Assembly: GCA_048127485.1 (NCBI GenBank)
Contig: JBHNWI010000006.1
Span: 46,455,358-46,519,357 of the forward strand
Direction of reading: 5' to 3'
Source: Solemya velum
Lineage: Eukaryota
DNA length: 64,000 nucleotides
Shown here piece by piece: positions 37,007 to 50,479 of this stretch. How positions within the stretch are numbered: the first letter of the stretch is position 1; each line of letters starts with the position of its first letter. The translations under genes and the position numbers were made by a program. A model generated the notes under the pieces. The model saw only the letters and a program-made list of their open reading frames with translations. It ran no database searches and was not told the DNA's origin.

Positions 37007-38721
37007 ATCAAAACTTTACCATCATATAAAACATCAGCCCAGCTACATCATCGCTGGACCTAGATCCCAATTATGTCTCATGCTAGTTGTCAAATATGCA
37101 GATGTTGTAGTAAAATCGAGATTTGGCTATGAATACACATCATTTTTCTCATAACAGCTTCCCAGAAAATGCAAAGATTCAATGTTCAAGCCATATATGT
37201 TACATGCAACTTCCATACCCAAATCTGACCCAAATCAGACCCAAATCTGATATAATGGATAGTCTTCTCTCTCTTACATTTTTCGCTCTTACAAATCTTT
37301 TAGTTCAACCTGTCAACTTTCCTGATTCTCGCTGGAGTCTCACGATTCGGGTTATCATTTCCCGACCTCCGGATCGGGAAACTACATCTCATGAATAGTT
37401 GTTTCATTGCCGTCAATCTCCTGAAAGCTATATTGAAATGCCAAAATGATTTCTTCTAAGTTTGATGATTTGGAAGTGCAACAAAATTTCAAAATGCTTG
37501 CCATACTGAGAAGATTACACAAAATATCATGGATATTTCTTTGATTTTATTTTGGGTAATGCCAGAAAGTGACAAAGTTTTTGTTTGCCAAAATTGACTG
37601 TTACTTGTTATCATCACATGCTCGGCATTAGTATAAATAGAGTCAGATATGCTGTTAATTCTAATCTAATTCTGCTTACACAATGGCCAGTCAGAGGAGA
37701 GCTGTTAGGATAGAAAGCATTGGACATTGATGCAACTGTGAATAAATTGGGGAACTATCTTCCTATCCATCACAAGATCAAAGTACAAGTGTGTGCTGGT
37801 GTATCACTGTGTTTGCACTTAGACTCTGACAGGCCCCTGAATCACAAAGATAAATGGAATTACTCCACGAGGAAGAAAAAAATAACATGATTGCTCTCTC
37901 TTTCTGGTTGGGGGGAGGAGAAGGGACAAAATGATTTGTTTCTTCTTTTGTGTGTGTGTGTGTGGGGGGAGAAAATACTCATCAATTAAATTATTTCTTC
38001 CCTTACTAGTTCTTTAAGTTTGCACTATAATTTGTTTTGTTGGACAAAATGATATAAACAGATATAAATTAAACTTTCAGAATATTTAAAAAGATAGATA
38101 TCTATATTACTCAGCTATTTTGAAGATTTTCATAACATTAATCATTGGAATTCAAACATCATTTCTATTGAGTGTTTTTTTCCCCATTAAATGACGGAAA
38201 TTAAAATCTTCTGACATTGTCTTAAATATTTCGACATTTCTTCAAATATCTCCTGACATAACATTCTTGAAGGTTTTAGGTTAGCTAGGTATATGATTTC
38301 CAAATTAGAATATCTTTTTGATTGGATTGAAATTTTTTTTTTTTTAAACACATACTATAGAGAGATTTTGTGTACTGCACAGAAATCAAATGATTTGAAC
38401 CAACAGTGTAGTCCCTACACTATGTGGTATATTGATAATAATATGAACAAAATTAATTGTTTAGTTCAGCTCTTCTACTTGTGGCAAATTTTAAAAGGGG
38501 AGATAACTAAATGAGTATAATAATTGCCACATTAGTTAACCATGGTTGGAATTGAATGTCACCACCATTGTCCATTGGTCAACTGTGGTTGCAAGTTTAC
38601 AGAGGGAATGGCCATTGAATATTTCCTTTAATTTCTACCCTTGTGTTTTTTTCAATATGAATACAGAATTTTTTTCTCTCTTCTATCATACATGCATAGT
38701 GTAGCCACATTGTCATTTCAG

Positions 38722-39129
38722 GTATTGACCCACAAATTTCTTGGTGGAAAGGTGCTGATGGACAAAAATTTGTTGGGTTTTGGTGCCCTGTTTGGAATGA
38801 TGGTAAAAATAAAGAGAAAGACCAGATGATACGAATCTGTGACAAGGTTCTTCGGGAAGGTAGTGAAAGCGGCTTCACCTGCTTAGCTATATCGGTGTCA
38901 GATGCTGAGAAATATTCATGGAAGGTGCAAAATTTCACAAAATGTTGGCTGGTTCCTGTAATCCATTTTCTGAAAGCTGATGATACTTCTGACATGAGAA
39001 TCATATTTTGTGCTGCTGATGAGACTGTTTACAGAACATTGGTGGGAGTAGTAGGAGAGAGTCTGGAAGGCTCGAAGGACAAAATTGAGTTCCATCAATT
39101 CAAATGCCGACACAGGAGTGGAGATTCAG
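38722..39129 (+). CDS. Exon D: unassigned ~136-aa domain, possibly a degenerate macro-like C-terminal half
   Basis: Acceptor ttgtcatttcag|GT. Donor CAG|gtatta. The frame is open: GIDPQISWWKGADGQKFVGFWCPVWNDGKNKEKDQMIRICDKVLREGSESGFTCLAISVSDAEKYSWKVQNFTKCWLVPVIHFLKADDTSDMRIIFCAADETVYRTLVGVVGESLEGSKDKIEFHQFKCRHRSGDSG. The phase fits C and E. Confidence 0.55.
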
Positions 39130-40002
39130 GTATTATAAGCAGTGTTATGTTTTGATTAAATACTGGCTGCATAGTTTAGTTTAACTTTGAGGTGTTCACA
39201 CAGATTGCTTCCTATCGAAGCTCCCACCCAGGGGTATGTAAAACCTAGACTCAAAGATTCCCCGAAGAAAATCCATGGGTGTCATCATGTTCTTGTCAAT
39301 GAAAAATCAGTGACTGTTTTACAACTAAGTCGTGTCCTTTTAGAGAAACAAGTTGTTTAGTTTTCCTGTACTTTGTGACTGTTTTGACCAGAGTAGTTCA
39401 TGACGGGTGCTGCATGCAGAGCAGAAGATGCTCACTCCTCTGGAGCACCTGATCTCACTTTCTCTTCATGAGTGAGGTTCGTGTTCTTCCTCTTCTGTTC
39501 TTTGTCTTGATTTGTTCATGAACTTTGAGGTTTTGTTTTTGTGATATTGGTCTTGTTTTTTCTTATTGAACTGGAGTTATTTCACACTAAAAATTTTAAT
39601 CTTATTTTCAATAGTGGAGAAACATTTAACATTCATTTATGTGTTATGAATTAACTACATTGTATAGTCAAGTGAAAGTTTGTGGACAGATCTCAAGATA
39701 AGACATTTCAGAAATGCCAAATGGGCAGATTTCTCAAAATTAAGAAAGAATTAACAATTAAGGGACATCCAAATTCTGGTCTTTGTTACTTAATCAATCA
39801 AAAATTAGTTATAATTTAAGAAAAGAACAAAGGAGATTGAAAATTAATTCAGTTTGTTGGGAAGTGCTACGGTATATCAAAATTCTGTTTCTTGTTCCTG
39901 TGAGAAGAATAGTCATATGATGTTAGCCACAAATTGCACTTATAACTGCAAGTTTCAAGAAACAACTTTAATGGTAATGTTTATCAATTTATATTTTTTT
40001 AG

Positions 40003-40061
40003 CTAAGGATGGAAACCAATTGAAGATTTCAGTCATAAAGGGAGAATTAGCCAATCAGAGC
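40003..40061 (+). CDS. Exon E: start of macro domain 1 (GD-IT-like strand)
   Basis: Acceptor atattttttttag|CT. Donor CAGAGC|gtgagt. The 59 bp read (G)AKDGNQLKISVIKGELANQS, the conserved macro start (K..V..GDIT....). It ends in phase 0 and joins exon F, which begins VDCLVNTIN. Confidence 0.6.
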
Positions 40062-41589
40062 GTGAGTACAATTCATAAACACCTAAAAGATTTTTTAGTT
40101 TATACTCAATAAAAGATTGCTATAATCTAAGTAAATTCACAATAAGGAACAGCTCGTATCCAAAACTAGCTGTATGGATACATTTATGGTTGAATATCAG
40201 AAATATTGCTTGAATTTTGTTTACTGTGAGCCCAAGCAGTATTCTTACTGAGTGAATACCTTCACAGGATGTGGAATAAATGAGATTCAATATTCAAGGA
40301 TTGTTTGCTGATTTTTTGCATTCATCAAGATATGAAAACAATTGTCTGCATGACAAATTTCTAAAAGTTGTCTTCAAACTGAGATGCACAAAACTAAAAA
40401 TCAGAAAACTGATCTTATATTTTGACAGTTTACCCGTCTTGAAAGTTTGAACTTACAGAGATGATGTGTACTGACTAAACATATAAATGTGGATGTATAA
40501 TAGAAAAGCCAACTGCATCGGGTTCATGCATATCATATTGCCTCGTTGCAAAATCCCCATGTTACTGGGAGCCATTGCTTGGAGTTGATGTTTGCATGTG
40601 TACATCCATGTTCATGAGATCGTATAGGCAATTCTTAATAATCAGAGGGGAAACCAGTTGTGCTGTCACTATGATGATAAGGTAGTAGTACCTCTAGGTA
40701 GGAGCTGAGAGGGTAGACTGTGTATCCAGAAGATAGCTGTGAGTATATCTGGCCAGTCAACTGCCTCATAAAATATATGCAAGTACTAATAATTATTAGG
40801 GATAATGTATAGGGAGTAATGAACAGCAGTTTTCTATTATGGGAGAGGACTGTTTTGTCTACCAGATATGTAAATTGCTCGATGAATTATTACATCCCAA
40901 AATCCCTTGAATTTGCCTTTACGGATATTTTCCATGGTTGTATAAGCTGGTAGCGTCTTTTTTTTTTGAGAGGGTAACTCGTTTAACCAAAACTAATCTT
41001 CCACAAGACTTTTTTATTAACAATCTACAAATATATTCTACATGCATGACTGAATCTGGGTCGGAAATTTGGCTGCTAGATAATTGTCAGTGATAATGAA
41101 TTTAGATGTAGTAGAAATCGGAAAAACTGTTCATTACTAGTAGGTAATTTATTTTTGTTTATTTGGATCATGCAATCATTAAGTTCCGCAAGAATATGGA
41201 ATGCCAGGCTACCACTTGAGACTCCATTGTTCATGTATCCTTTTATTCAATATGAAGGGAAACAAAAGTTCCAGAAAAGTGAACTATATTTCAAAATGCA
41301 AATTTATATTAACAGGCTGTTTAAACATTCAATTATGCAAAAACGTGAGAACAACAATCAGTGCAGTGAGTCCAATACAGCACAACTGTATGCACAGCAG
41401 TTTACAACAAGTTTGTTATAGAACCATTGAATGTGCAATCATTTCTCCAGTTCACAAAATAGTATCCACAGGAACATGAACACCACTTGAAGAACTAAAA
41501 GCTGAACAAGTGCTGTGAGGAGCAAATATTGAAATATTAATACCCACATGAGACTTAACATTTCGAAACTACCTTGATATATGATACAC

Positions 41590-44320
41590 CCTAATAGGGT
41601 TTTAAAGTGGTGAGAAACAATTCTGTGGTAGGACCTCTGAAAGAAGAGGTGTGACTAAGATATGCTTGCAAAGTGCACACAACACACATTTTCATTTGGA
41701 TAGGGTGGAGAAGTAAATTCCCCAAAATGTGTGCCCGGTTTAGTATTTGTTTTAAGTTTCCAATTCGAAATAGAATCCTATCAGCACAAACTTGATTATT
41801 ATGAACCAGCCTCAACATTCCTCCTCATTCCTTGAATGTAGGAAATAGCTCCAGTGTTATTCAGTATGTCCAGTAAGACACTTTGTTGCCTTGATGAATA
41901 AAATAGTTTTCTTTGATGTCTGTTATATTCTACTACCCTAGCAGAGGACAAACTATTGCAAATATTGATAATATAGCCTGAAGGTAATTTGAGGAGAATC
42001 ACTTTCAAGCTACCAATGCCAAATCTCATGTCATAGATCTAATAGATGTAGCTGTTTTGCTAATGCACATTTCCTTTATTGGGCCACACTCTGGTAATTT
42101 GAGAAATATCTCAATGCATCTTGCCTCCCAAACCCAGTGTGCTGGTCGTCACTGTGGTACTTTCGGATGAGACTGGTGTCTGAGATCTTGTGTATCGGTG
42201 TTTCAAACAGTTGCCTATTGGCAAAATCGAACCCAAGTTGGGTATTATACCCATGTTCATCGGTATCCACCGCCTCAACGGCAATCGTTTCTCATTTACT
42301 ATTCTCTTAGTAGGCTTTCAATTCCCCCTTTGGGTGATTAGTACTGTCCGGGAGTGACTCTGTTTTATGTTTAACTCTTGTTGTTGTGTTACCATTGAAT
42401 TCCCATTGTGGTGGTCTACTTTTTTTTGCTTTACACTCAGCTAGAGTCCCATGGTTGACCTACTCGGCCTATTCTCGGTTGTCTTGACCTCCAGATTCTG
42501 GCTTCCAGTATCGCCTCCCTCTCCTAATTCTGTATCTAACGAATCTGCTTGTACAGTCATTTTCTCTGTTACATCATAGTACTGCAACACAGGCGTATCT
42601 GCAATGAGCTTCAAAATTGCTTGATAAGCCTCTTCCTGTTGTGTCTCCCAGTGCCAAGGTGTGTCTGTACATACAGTCTCTGAAGTGGCTCCGATACTTC
42701 AGACAAACATAGCAGAAATTTGGCCAAATAGTTCACTGTTCCCAGTAGGCATTGAACTGCTTTTGGTCTTGGCATTTTCATATTTGCCTCCACTTTGTGC
42801 GGGTCTGGTTTGACACCATTTTTTGTCATCAAGTGTCCCAAGTACTTAATTTCCTCGAGCTTGTATTTCAGCTTTTCACTGTTCAGTTTTGAGGTTCACC
42901 TGACGAGTCCGCTCAAGCAGCTGAAGCATGTTGTCGTGGTGATCTATCTTTATTTCCTTCACTGTATCTCCAGATTTGAAGCAAATCATGTATTCAACAA
43001 TGACATCGACCCCAACCAGACCTTCCAGCAGCTTTTTCTGATGTCGCTGGTATTCCTCCGGTGCAGAGAAGATTCCAAATGGACATCGTTTGTATCTATA
43101 CTTTCCAAACAATGTCCAGAAAATCATCAATTCTCCTGTTCCAGTTGAATTTGGAAAAAACACATCCTTTGCATAGACTGCTGGAAAAATCTTTGCCTTT
43201 GCCAGATTTGGCAACACCTCCTCCACAGTTTGTATCTGATACTTGGGTCTCTTGATGGCTTTGTTCAGGTCCCTGGGGTCCATACATAGCCTTAATTTGT
43301 TGTTACCTTTCTTTACTGCCACAAGACTGTTGATCTATTCACTGGGGCCTTTCACTTTCTCAATCACACCAATTCCCTTCATTTCCAGGATCTGGCTTCT
43401 TGACTGTGCCTTTAAATTCATCAGCACATGATGGGGTGAATGCTGGATTGGTTTGACCTCTGGGGTGCCTGCTGGATTGGTTTGACCTCTGGGTCAATGT
43501 CAATATGATATTTCCTCAGAAGACATCCTAGGCCTGTAAACACATCCTTGAAATTGGGAACAATTTCTTTCTTTGTGAAGCTGCTGTGTTGTGCAACCAC
43601 ATTTATCTGCATCTGAATCCAGCCTTGTTTGACAAATGTGCATCCATTGATAATGGGCCATGGTGCCTGCTTGATGATGTCAAATGTTGTTTGTGTGTGT
43701 TCTACACCAACACTCACATCCAATGTGTATATCCCAAGTGGTCTTATATCCTGTCTGGCACCTCACCCAATTGCACTGAAGCATCTTGTGTAATTTTGTG
43801 CAGGTCACTAAGTGGCATCGCACTGCAAGTCGCTCCTATGTCAAACTGCACCTCTCTAATGGTGGTATAACTGGTGTAGAAACTTATGTCTATCATGAAT
43901 TCACTCTGCTTACTTGTTCCAAATGCTCCAATTATCTGAATAACAAATAACAAGTCATCGCTTTCGACATCGGGCTCAGCATCTGAACTCGCTTCCGTGT
44001 CATTTTTGGTGCTTGCCCTTTAAATTACCGCAAAGTGTTTTTTTCCTCCGCAAGCGGCACATGTTTTGCCATATGCCGTATATTTGCCCTTGATGTGTTT
44101 AATACCACAGTATGTACTGTCATGCACTTGAACTTGTGATCCATTCCTATGCCTTCTCCTACCAACGTTCTCATATTTCTCAGGCCTCCCATCTTTTGCA
44201 GAGTAGTGGTCGTCTTTTCGAGTGTATTTAGCAATATGTTTGTGTTGTCCCCGCTTTTGTCAAAATGCACGCACTTCCTCGTCTGTTGATAGTCAAGATG
44301 CAAACCTACCATATTTCTCC
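41590..44320 (-). mobile_element. LTR-retrotransposon internal fragment (Ty3/gypsy- or BEL/Pao-like gag-CCHC, protease, RT), degraded, lying in intron E-F
   Basis: Minus-strand ORFs carry a CCHC-knuckle gag region (44025-44312), a protease ...FDIGATCSAMP (43744-43953), and an RT in two pieces: ...FTGLGCLLRKYHIDIDPEVKPIQQAPQR (43421-43723) and LRLCMDPRDLNKAIKRPKYQIQT...YRYKRCPFGIFSAPEEYQ (42876-43322), followed by GHLMTKNGVKPDPHKVEANMKMPRPKAVQCLLGTVNYLAKF (42611-42841). Several frameshifts are present and no LTRs were found. Confidence 0.65.
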
Positions 44321-44329
44321 AATGTTATA

Positions 44330-44455
44330 ACCATGCTAAAAAATAAGCTCACCCCCTTGTTTTCACAAAATCCCAAGTTTGGGGTAATATCCAAAAACAA
44401 ACCCACTCCTTGATTTCGCAAAATCACAAGTTTTGGGTGATAACATAGTTATCAG
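44330..44455 (-). repeat. Inverted copy of the 26450-26560 repeat
   Basis: See the paired feature at 26450-26560. Confidence 0.55.
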
Positions 44456-45749
44456 TTAACTTGTTCTCATAAGAACATATATTATGATAATGTAAACTTT
44501 GTTTGTGACAATCACTATGCGGTCTATTGCCATCCGGAAATGCGGGAAAATGAATAACTGGGAAGTTGCTCATACACAGGAGGCCACAGGAAAACTAGCA
44601 CTAATGTGGAAAATAATCATTGGAATTTGTAAAAAATGTCATTTTCATTTCATGAAGATACGAACATGGCGATAGCTCGTGTGGGTCATTATCAAAGGCT
44701 TCATTCTTGTGGTTTTGATGCTAATCAAAAACTTGTTGGGATATCACCTGTAATACAGGTGAATTGGTTTCTAAGTTCTATTGAATCTTTTGACATCAGC
44801 AGAGAGAACTGCATCATTGACGACAGTGTCTCCGTTCACGGGGAGTGATTTTTTTTTGTACATTGTGTTGATGGTGATCATCTGTTGGATTTTCTCTGGC
44901 TGGTGAAATTAGAATGCAAGTACTGCTAAATCTTTTATTGTTTATTGAAATAAAATTAAGAACTGATTATTTTTTTATCTTATTATATAACATTATGGTT
45001 TACCTTGTCATTATCCACACACTACTCAGTATTGTACCCATGCATAGGCCCCTACTCGAATTTAAGTTCACCCCCCTCTGCAACCAGATTTTCAAACACA
45101 GGTTCACTGAAGTCTGTCATTCAATCCCGAGGCTAATGTCCAATTCTAAATCATATCATCCTTGTGAACAGGTAATTGATACGTTGTCATTGTGTACTTA
45201 TACAGATGCTATACAAAAGTTCATCAAAACAGTCACGATCTCTGTATAACACAATAGTATAAATATATGTTATGATTATTGAATACTAGTCAATGTTCAA
45301 TATGAAATGAAATCATTTCATGCATGATACTCATCCATATATCCAGTTCCCATGCTTTTTCCGGCACTGATTCACTCCTGTCACCATGTTCACATGCTTG
45401 ATGATGTCTTAGTCAGTCATGCAGACACGAGATTCTGGAGGACAATTAATACCCATATGCGACACTCGGAAAACAGCCCCTTAATACTGAGCATGCACAC
45501 ATATACAACATACACAATAATAACAGAGTTATGTCTCTTGTACCATATGGATCACATATATGCATGTAAGCTGTTATACATGTACATTTGTACAACCAGG
45601 TTGAACGCACCACCGTTATTACTAGAGAAAACTTCTCGAAGTAAAAAACAACGAATTGATGCCAGTTCCTGCAATTCTCCATGGAGAAAAACCAAAAGTC
45701 AATAATCCATCTACTTCCGACTGGTATGTCCATAATGCAAATGGGCGTA

Positions 45750-46220
45750 AACTTTGACTTTGTACTTTGACCTCAAGGTCAAATTATTGTTTATTTAATG
45801 AAACAATTCATTTCTGGGCTGTAACTTTTTTGTGCTTTGATATAAGCTTTTTACATTTGGCATGTAGGTAGATCATATCAAGATGATGTGTCGCACCCTA
45901 TAGTGATCAGTCTGTCCGTACATCCGTCTGTAACAAATCGTGTCTGGGCTGTAACTTTTTTGTCATTTGCTATAAGCTTTTGATATTTGGTATGTAGGTA
46001 GAACACCTCAAAATGATGTGTCGCGTATATGGTTCCAAACCTTTGACTTTGTACTCTGAGCTCAATATCAAATTATTGCTTATTTATTGTAACAATTTGT
46101 GTCCCAGCTTTTTGATATTTTGCATGTGAGTGATGGAAACCACATAGTGACATTTTTGTGGATGGGTGTATTTACGGTGGGAACCCACAGAGATAGATTC
46201 CATCTCCATGATATCTAGTT
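45750..46220. repeat. Composite repeat with ~240-bp internal tandem units (tgaccttgaactttgacctcaaggtcaaat family), copy 1
   Basis: Two units '...gtaacttttttgt..tttg.tataagctttt.a.atttggcatgtaggtaga.ca..tcaa.atgatgtgtcgc...' end in a terminal block 'ttgcatgtgagtgatggaaaccacatagtgacatttttgtgg...gggaacccacagagatagattcc' that matches 53090-53185. Confidence 0.6.
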
Positions 46221-47804
46221 AATTTTGATAAAGCTAATATCAACCAACTTGTGTGGAAACGCAGATCAGAAGATAAAGCAATATCCAGAATGATGTTTGG
46301 CAAAAACATTGCTCATTTGGGATATGGCAAAATTGTAACCAAGAGGAAACTTTTAATCACTTCTTACTAGAGCACCCCAAACACACTACACATAGACAAT
46401 TTATGTACAATAAATTATCTCAGTTGAAAATAAATACTAACCCACTAAATGTAACAAAACTATTATCCAATCTGTCACACAACAAACACATTCTACATGA
46501 CCTAATAATCAACTTTTCAATACCACAGGCTATCAAAACACAATTTAACCTAGTGTGGCTTTCAAGCAGGACTCACAATCCTTAACTACACTATCTAACT
46601 ATCACTATTCAACTTCAATCAATAAAACACATCACCAACCAACACCTCCTCAAAATGTAGAAAAACTTACCTACACAATCCGACCCAGTGAAAGCTGTCT
46701 TGGTGAGTGTGGTTGTAATCTTCGACTCAATATCATATAATTGTTTTCATAGTCATACACTCCATTAAACATTTAGATAAAGTGACTATCAAACACAAAT
46801 ATATACACAAACTACCAGGCCAAAATCTAACCCAAGGTATACCTTTCAACCAGATCAAGCACTATTCATCAAGCTGGAATTCAGCCTAAGGTGGCTTTTA
46901 ACCAAAATGAAATCTCACCCATACTCGTTATCTATCTTATACCATTTGTAGAGCACAAGGGTACTCGAATACCACCCACCCCACAACCCCTGCCCCACCC
47001 AAACATGTTTCTGAAAATTTCAAACAATCTCACAAACAGCCTTTCAACATCCCCCCATATTTATTATTACACATTTAGGAGTTACAATTCCATGTGGCTC
47101 ACAGCACATCATATACCAGGTAAGGACCTGTATACAAGTTGTCTATGTCATTTCGACATTCTACCAAATTATAAACAAGCTGGGCTGACCTGAGGTTACC
47201 TTTGTTTACATATAAACAAAATATCTTCAGTCCGTGTTGGACAACAAGGCATTTAAAAAATCACTCACCAAAAAGTTATCAAAATAGACAAAACACACCC
47301 AGTTTAACTGCAACTGCTCTCAGGATATTTCATGCCCATCCCAGCTACAGGCTAACTGCCCAATTTCCCTCCCACTCTCATATTACCCAATTTTCCTCAA
47401 TCAGGTCACATCAAGACCCAACTTGTCTTGATCAAATTTTATCAAGCCAAAACATCACCCATTCCCCCCTAAGCACAAATAATCATTATTTCCAATTCAT
47501 ATTCAAACTCCTACATTTATTTTTTCAAAATAAATGAATAAATGAATAAATGAATAAATGAGTAAAATTTAAAAAACAAATATATCTTTGAAAAGTTTGG
47601 CAAAACACCTAAGGTGGCGCACTTGAAGTTAAACTATATTTGAACCTACCAACCAATCTGTCTCCCTAAGGGGGCTAATGAGGTGACACAATGTGCACCT
47701 GATTTTTAATTATGGTAAAAACTGACTTTCTACCGGTACTTTCCAAAAATCCTGCATCTGTCTCTTAGGGAGTAGTCAATTTCTTTATGATTTCACTATA
47801 AAGA

Positions 47805-47965
47805 AAAGGTGATATCACTGTAGTCAATTGGTAATATCACAAATACAAACTGAATTGGTGATACTACTATATTGAATGGGTGATGTTACTATAATGAATA
47901 GACAATATCACAAGTTTGTTTTATTGATAAATATAACCTATTCATTTAGTGATATCACTCAATTG
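47805..47965. repeat. Minisatellite: ~32-bp unit x5 (…aattggtgatatcac…)
   Basis: gtgatatcactgtagtcaattggtaatatcacaaatacaaactgaattggtgatactactatattgaatgggtgatgttactataatgaatagacaatatcac...gtgatatcactcaattggt. It is preceded by (AAATGAAT)4 at 47530-47566. Confidence 0.6.
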
Positions 47966-48097
47966 GTATTGATGTGCCCCATACGAGTGCCTATTTGTTA
48001 GATACAGGTGTCAATATCAATGAGACTTGGCTGAATTTTGCTACAAATCATGTGAAAGTGGATGTCATTTTTTATTTTTTTTTACATTTGTATTTAG

Positions 48098-48334
48098 GTT
48101 GATTGTCTGGTCAACACCATAAATCCAGATCTGAAACTGCATCTTGGAGTAGTGTCTAACTCTCTTCTGATAGCAGCAGGCATGGAATTGCAGAAGGAAT
48201 GTACACAAAGATATCCAAAAGGCATAAAGCTAGGAGACATAGCAGTCACAGCTGGCTATAAGTTGAAGTGTAAGCACGTTTTCCATGGAGCACTCGATGG
48301 ATGGAATAGCTATCAGAAAAGAACACTATTAAAG
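48098..48334 (+). CDS. Exon F: macro-domain N-terminal half
   Basis: Acceptor tttgtatttag|GTT. Donor AAG|gtaacc. VDCLVNTINPDLKLHLGVVSNSLLIAAGMELQKECTQRYPKGIKLGDIAVTAGYKLKCKHVFHGALDGWNSYQKRTLLK matches the macro-domain consensus (DAIVNAAN..L.HGGGV..AI..AAG..L..EC....G.....TTG..L..K.VIH.VGP.W). Confidence 0.8.
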
Positions 48335-48667
48335 GTAACCAAATTCAATAACATATTATCTACCAGGTACTTAAATTTTTTGGTCTTATGTTTCTGAAAT
48401 AATCTTTCATTATCATTTTTGCATTCTGAGTCACATCTCCTCAGAATACATGTACATATATATTGAATAAAGTATATTGATTAACATTTTGCTCAATAAC
48501 CAGTACAAGTAATGAGTCTATCAGTATTTGGTTTTTATTCAATACTTTTGTTATGCATATTTTTTATTATTTTCATAATGGGTGACAAGCACATTTACTT
48601 CCTAACTTCAAATGTTAAAAAATGTTTTCATATTTACAGATCATTAAATTTCTTTTCTTATTCTCAG

Positions 48668-48889
48668 ACAATGAACAAGTTTATCAAGTCTTGTCTCAAT
48701 GAAACCAGTCAAAAAGGGTTGACATCAATAGCTTTTCCGGCTTTGGGCTCAGGAAATTTAGGATACCCTCTAAAGGTTGTGGCTGAGGAAATGTACAGAG
48801 CTGTTTATGAATTCCAGAAAGAAAACAAACATTCCTCTTTGACTTCAGTTTCATTTGTTATCTATCCAACAAATACAGAAACATTGAAG
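48668..48889 (+). CDS. Exon G: macro-domain C-terminal half
   Basis: Acceptor tcttttcttattctcag|ACA. Donor AAG|gttggt. TMNKFIKSCLNETSQKGLTSIAFPALGSGNLGYPLKVVAEEMYRAVYEFQKENKHSSLTSVSFVIYPTNTETLK matches the macro C-half (SIAFPAIGTG..GFP....A......F.......L..V.FV.F). Both ends are phase 0, contiguous with F. Confidence 0.8.
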
Positions 48890-50479
48890 GTTGGTACTTT
48901 CAGAATATTTGAGCTGATTTGATCTGTTAAATGTGGCATAGTTAGCACATATTTATTTTTAGTAGACAGTATTCCTCCAATTGATTTATCATTTCTCTCA
49001 AGCAAATCGAACAGACATGGTCACTGGGATTTGTCAGAAGAGAGTTGCTGCGACAGAAAACTAGTGTACAATTGTACAGTAAAGCACATGGTTTGTTCTA
49101 CCATTGTTTCTTATTTGAAGCTGAAACAAACAAGCACTGTTCATGTCAGAAACATGACAGCCTTCAGCATTGAGGTTTTGTTAATAAACTTTAAGCACTC
49201 ATTATTGTACAAACATACATCCTGTACAGCACATCCGAACACTGAGTGGTAACATGCTACATTGGTGTTCAAGGTAGACTGCGGCTTTGCGCCATTCCCA
49301 CATATTTTATATTTCTGGTGCAATATCTGTGTATTTCTGTGCCTCAAGGGTGCATATATTGCTGCTGAAATGAAGGTGCACTTCTGCGGTCTCCACAACA
49401 TTTCTCATAAACTTCATCGTGGAAGAAAACAGTTATCGTCTTGGCACATGTTTGGTTAACTTACTGAAACGTGGAAACCAGATCAATTCTGATTGGCTTA
49501 CTAGATTGAGTATCTATTGAGTATGTATTTGAGCATGTGGAATTTGTCCTTTTCAAATGACAATAACTCGAAGAATTGGAGTACCTAGGAATCACCCTGC
49601 AGAACGACTGATTCTGACCCAAAATTACATTTTACTGTAATCCATATGAAAATCAAGTTAAGTAGGAACTGTTTCTTATAGATTTTACCAAAGTATAGGA
49701 AAAAAAAATACATTGCAATATCAGAACATACCTAAAATTATAAAATAATAAAATGTATTCATCTAGCATTATAAATGCCATCCAATAAAGTTCGAAATTT
49801 TGCAGCAAAAATAATTGTTTAGCAATTCTGAAATGTATAACACAACTATCATTACGGTAGTGCTATATTCGAAACACACCGAGGGGGTTATTATGGATTT
49901 GTGTACTCCCACTGATGAAAAAAAATTCCAAAGATTTTAACGAAAAGAATGATTAGAAATTAGTTTTCTTTAATTCGACACATAGTGTTTAATAAATTCT
50001 GCGATCCATAGTTTAAAAAGGAGAAAGCACTCTTAATCGGTTGATATTTTTCGACTAGTTTTCCCCCTTCAGGGTGTAGGTTGTTAAACGGTCAAAAAAA
50101 ATATCGCCCTCCCATTCGTGCATTTTCTATTTCGTAACGACAGGGCCTTTATAATGTGAATTTTATTGGTATATGCTACTTTACCTATATTTCCAATCAA
50201 TAATTATTTTGCTTTACTGGCCTTGATCTAGTCCCATCTATAGCTATCTTCAACTCTTTGTCTACTGGCAGTGATTATCAGGTCCACTGCTGCTGGAGCC
50301 CTGTAGGCAGCCTCCTGAAGCTGTTGCTATAGCTGCATACTGAGGCAAAATGGTAGACTTGCCAAGTCTCTTTCTTAATTAATTTAGTTATTCTATGTAT
50401 TTTTACACACGTAAATAAACACTAGTGTATATTTTCCTTCATTGTGTCATTCACTTTTCATCAGAATTCTGAATCAGCT

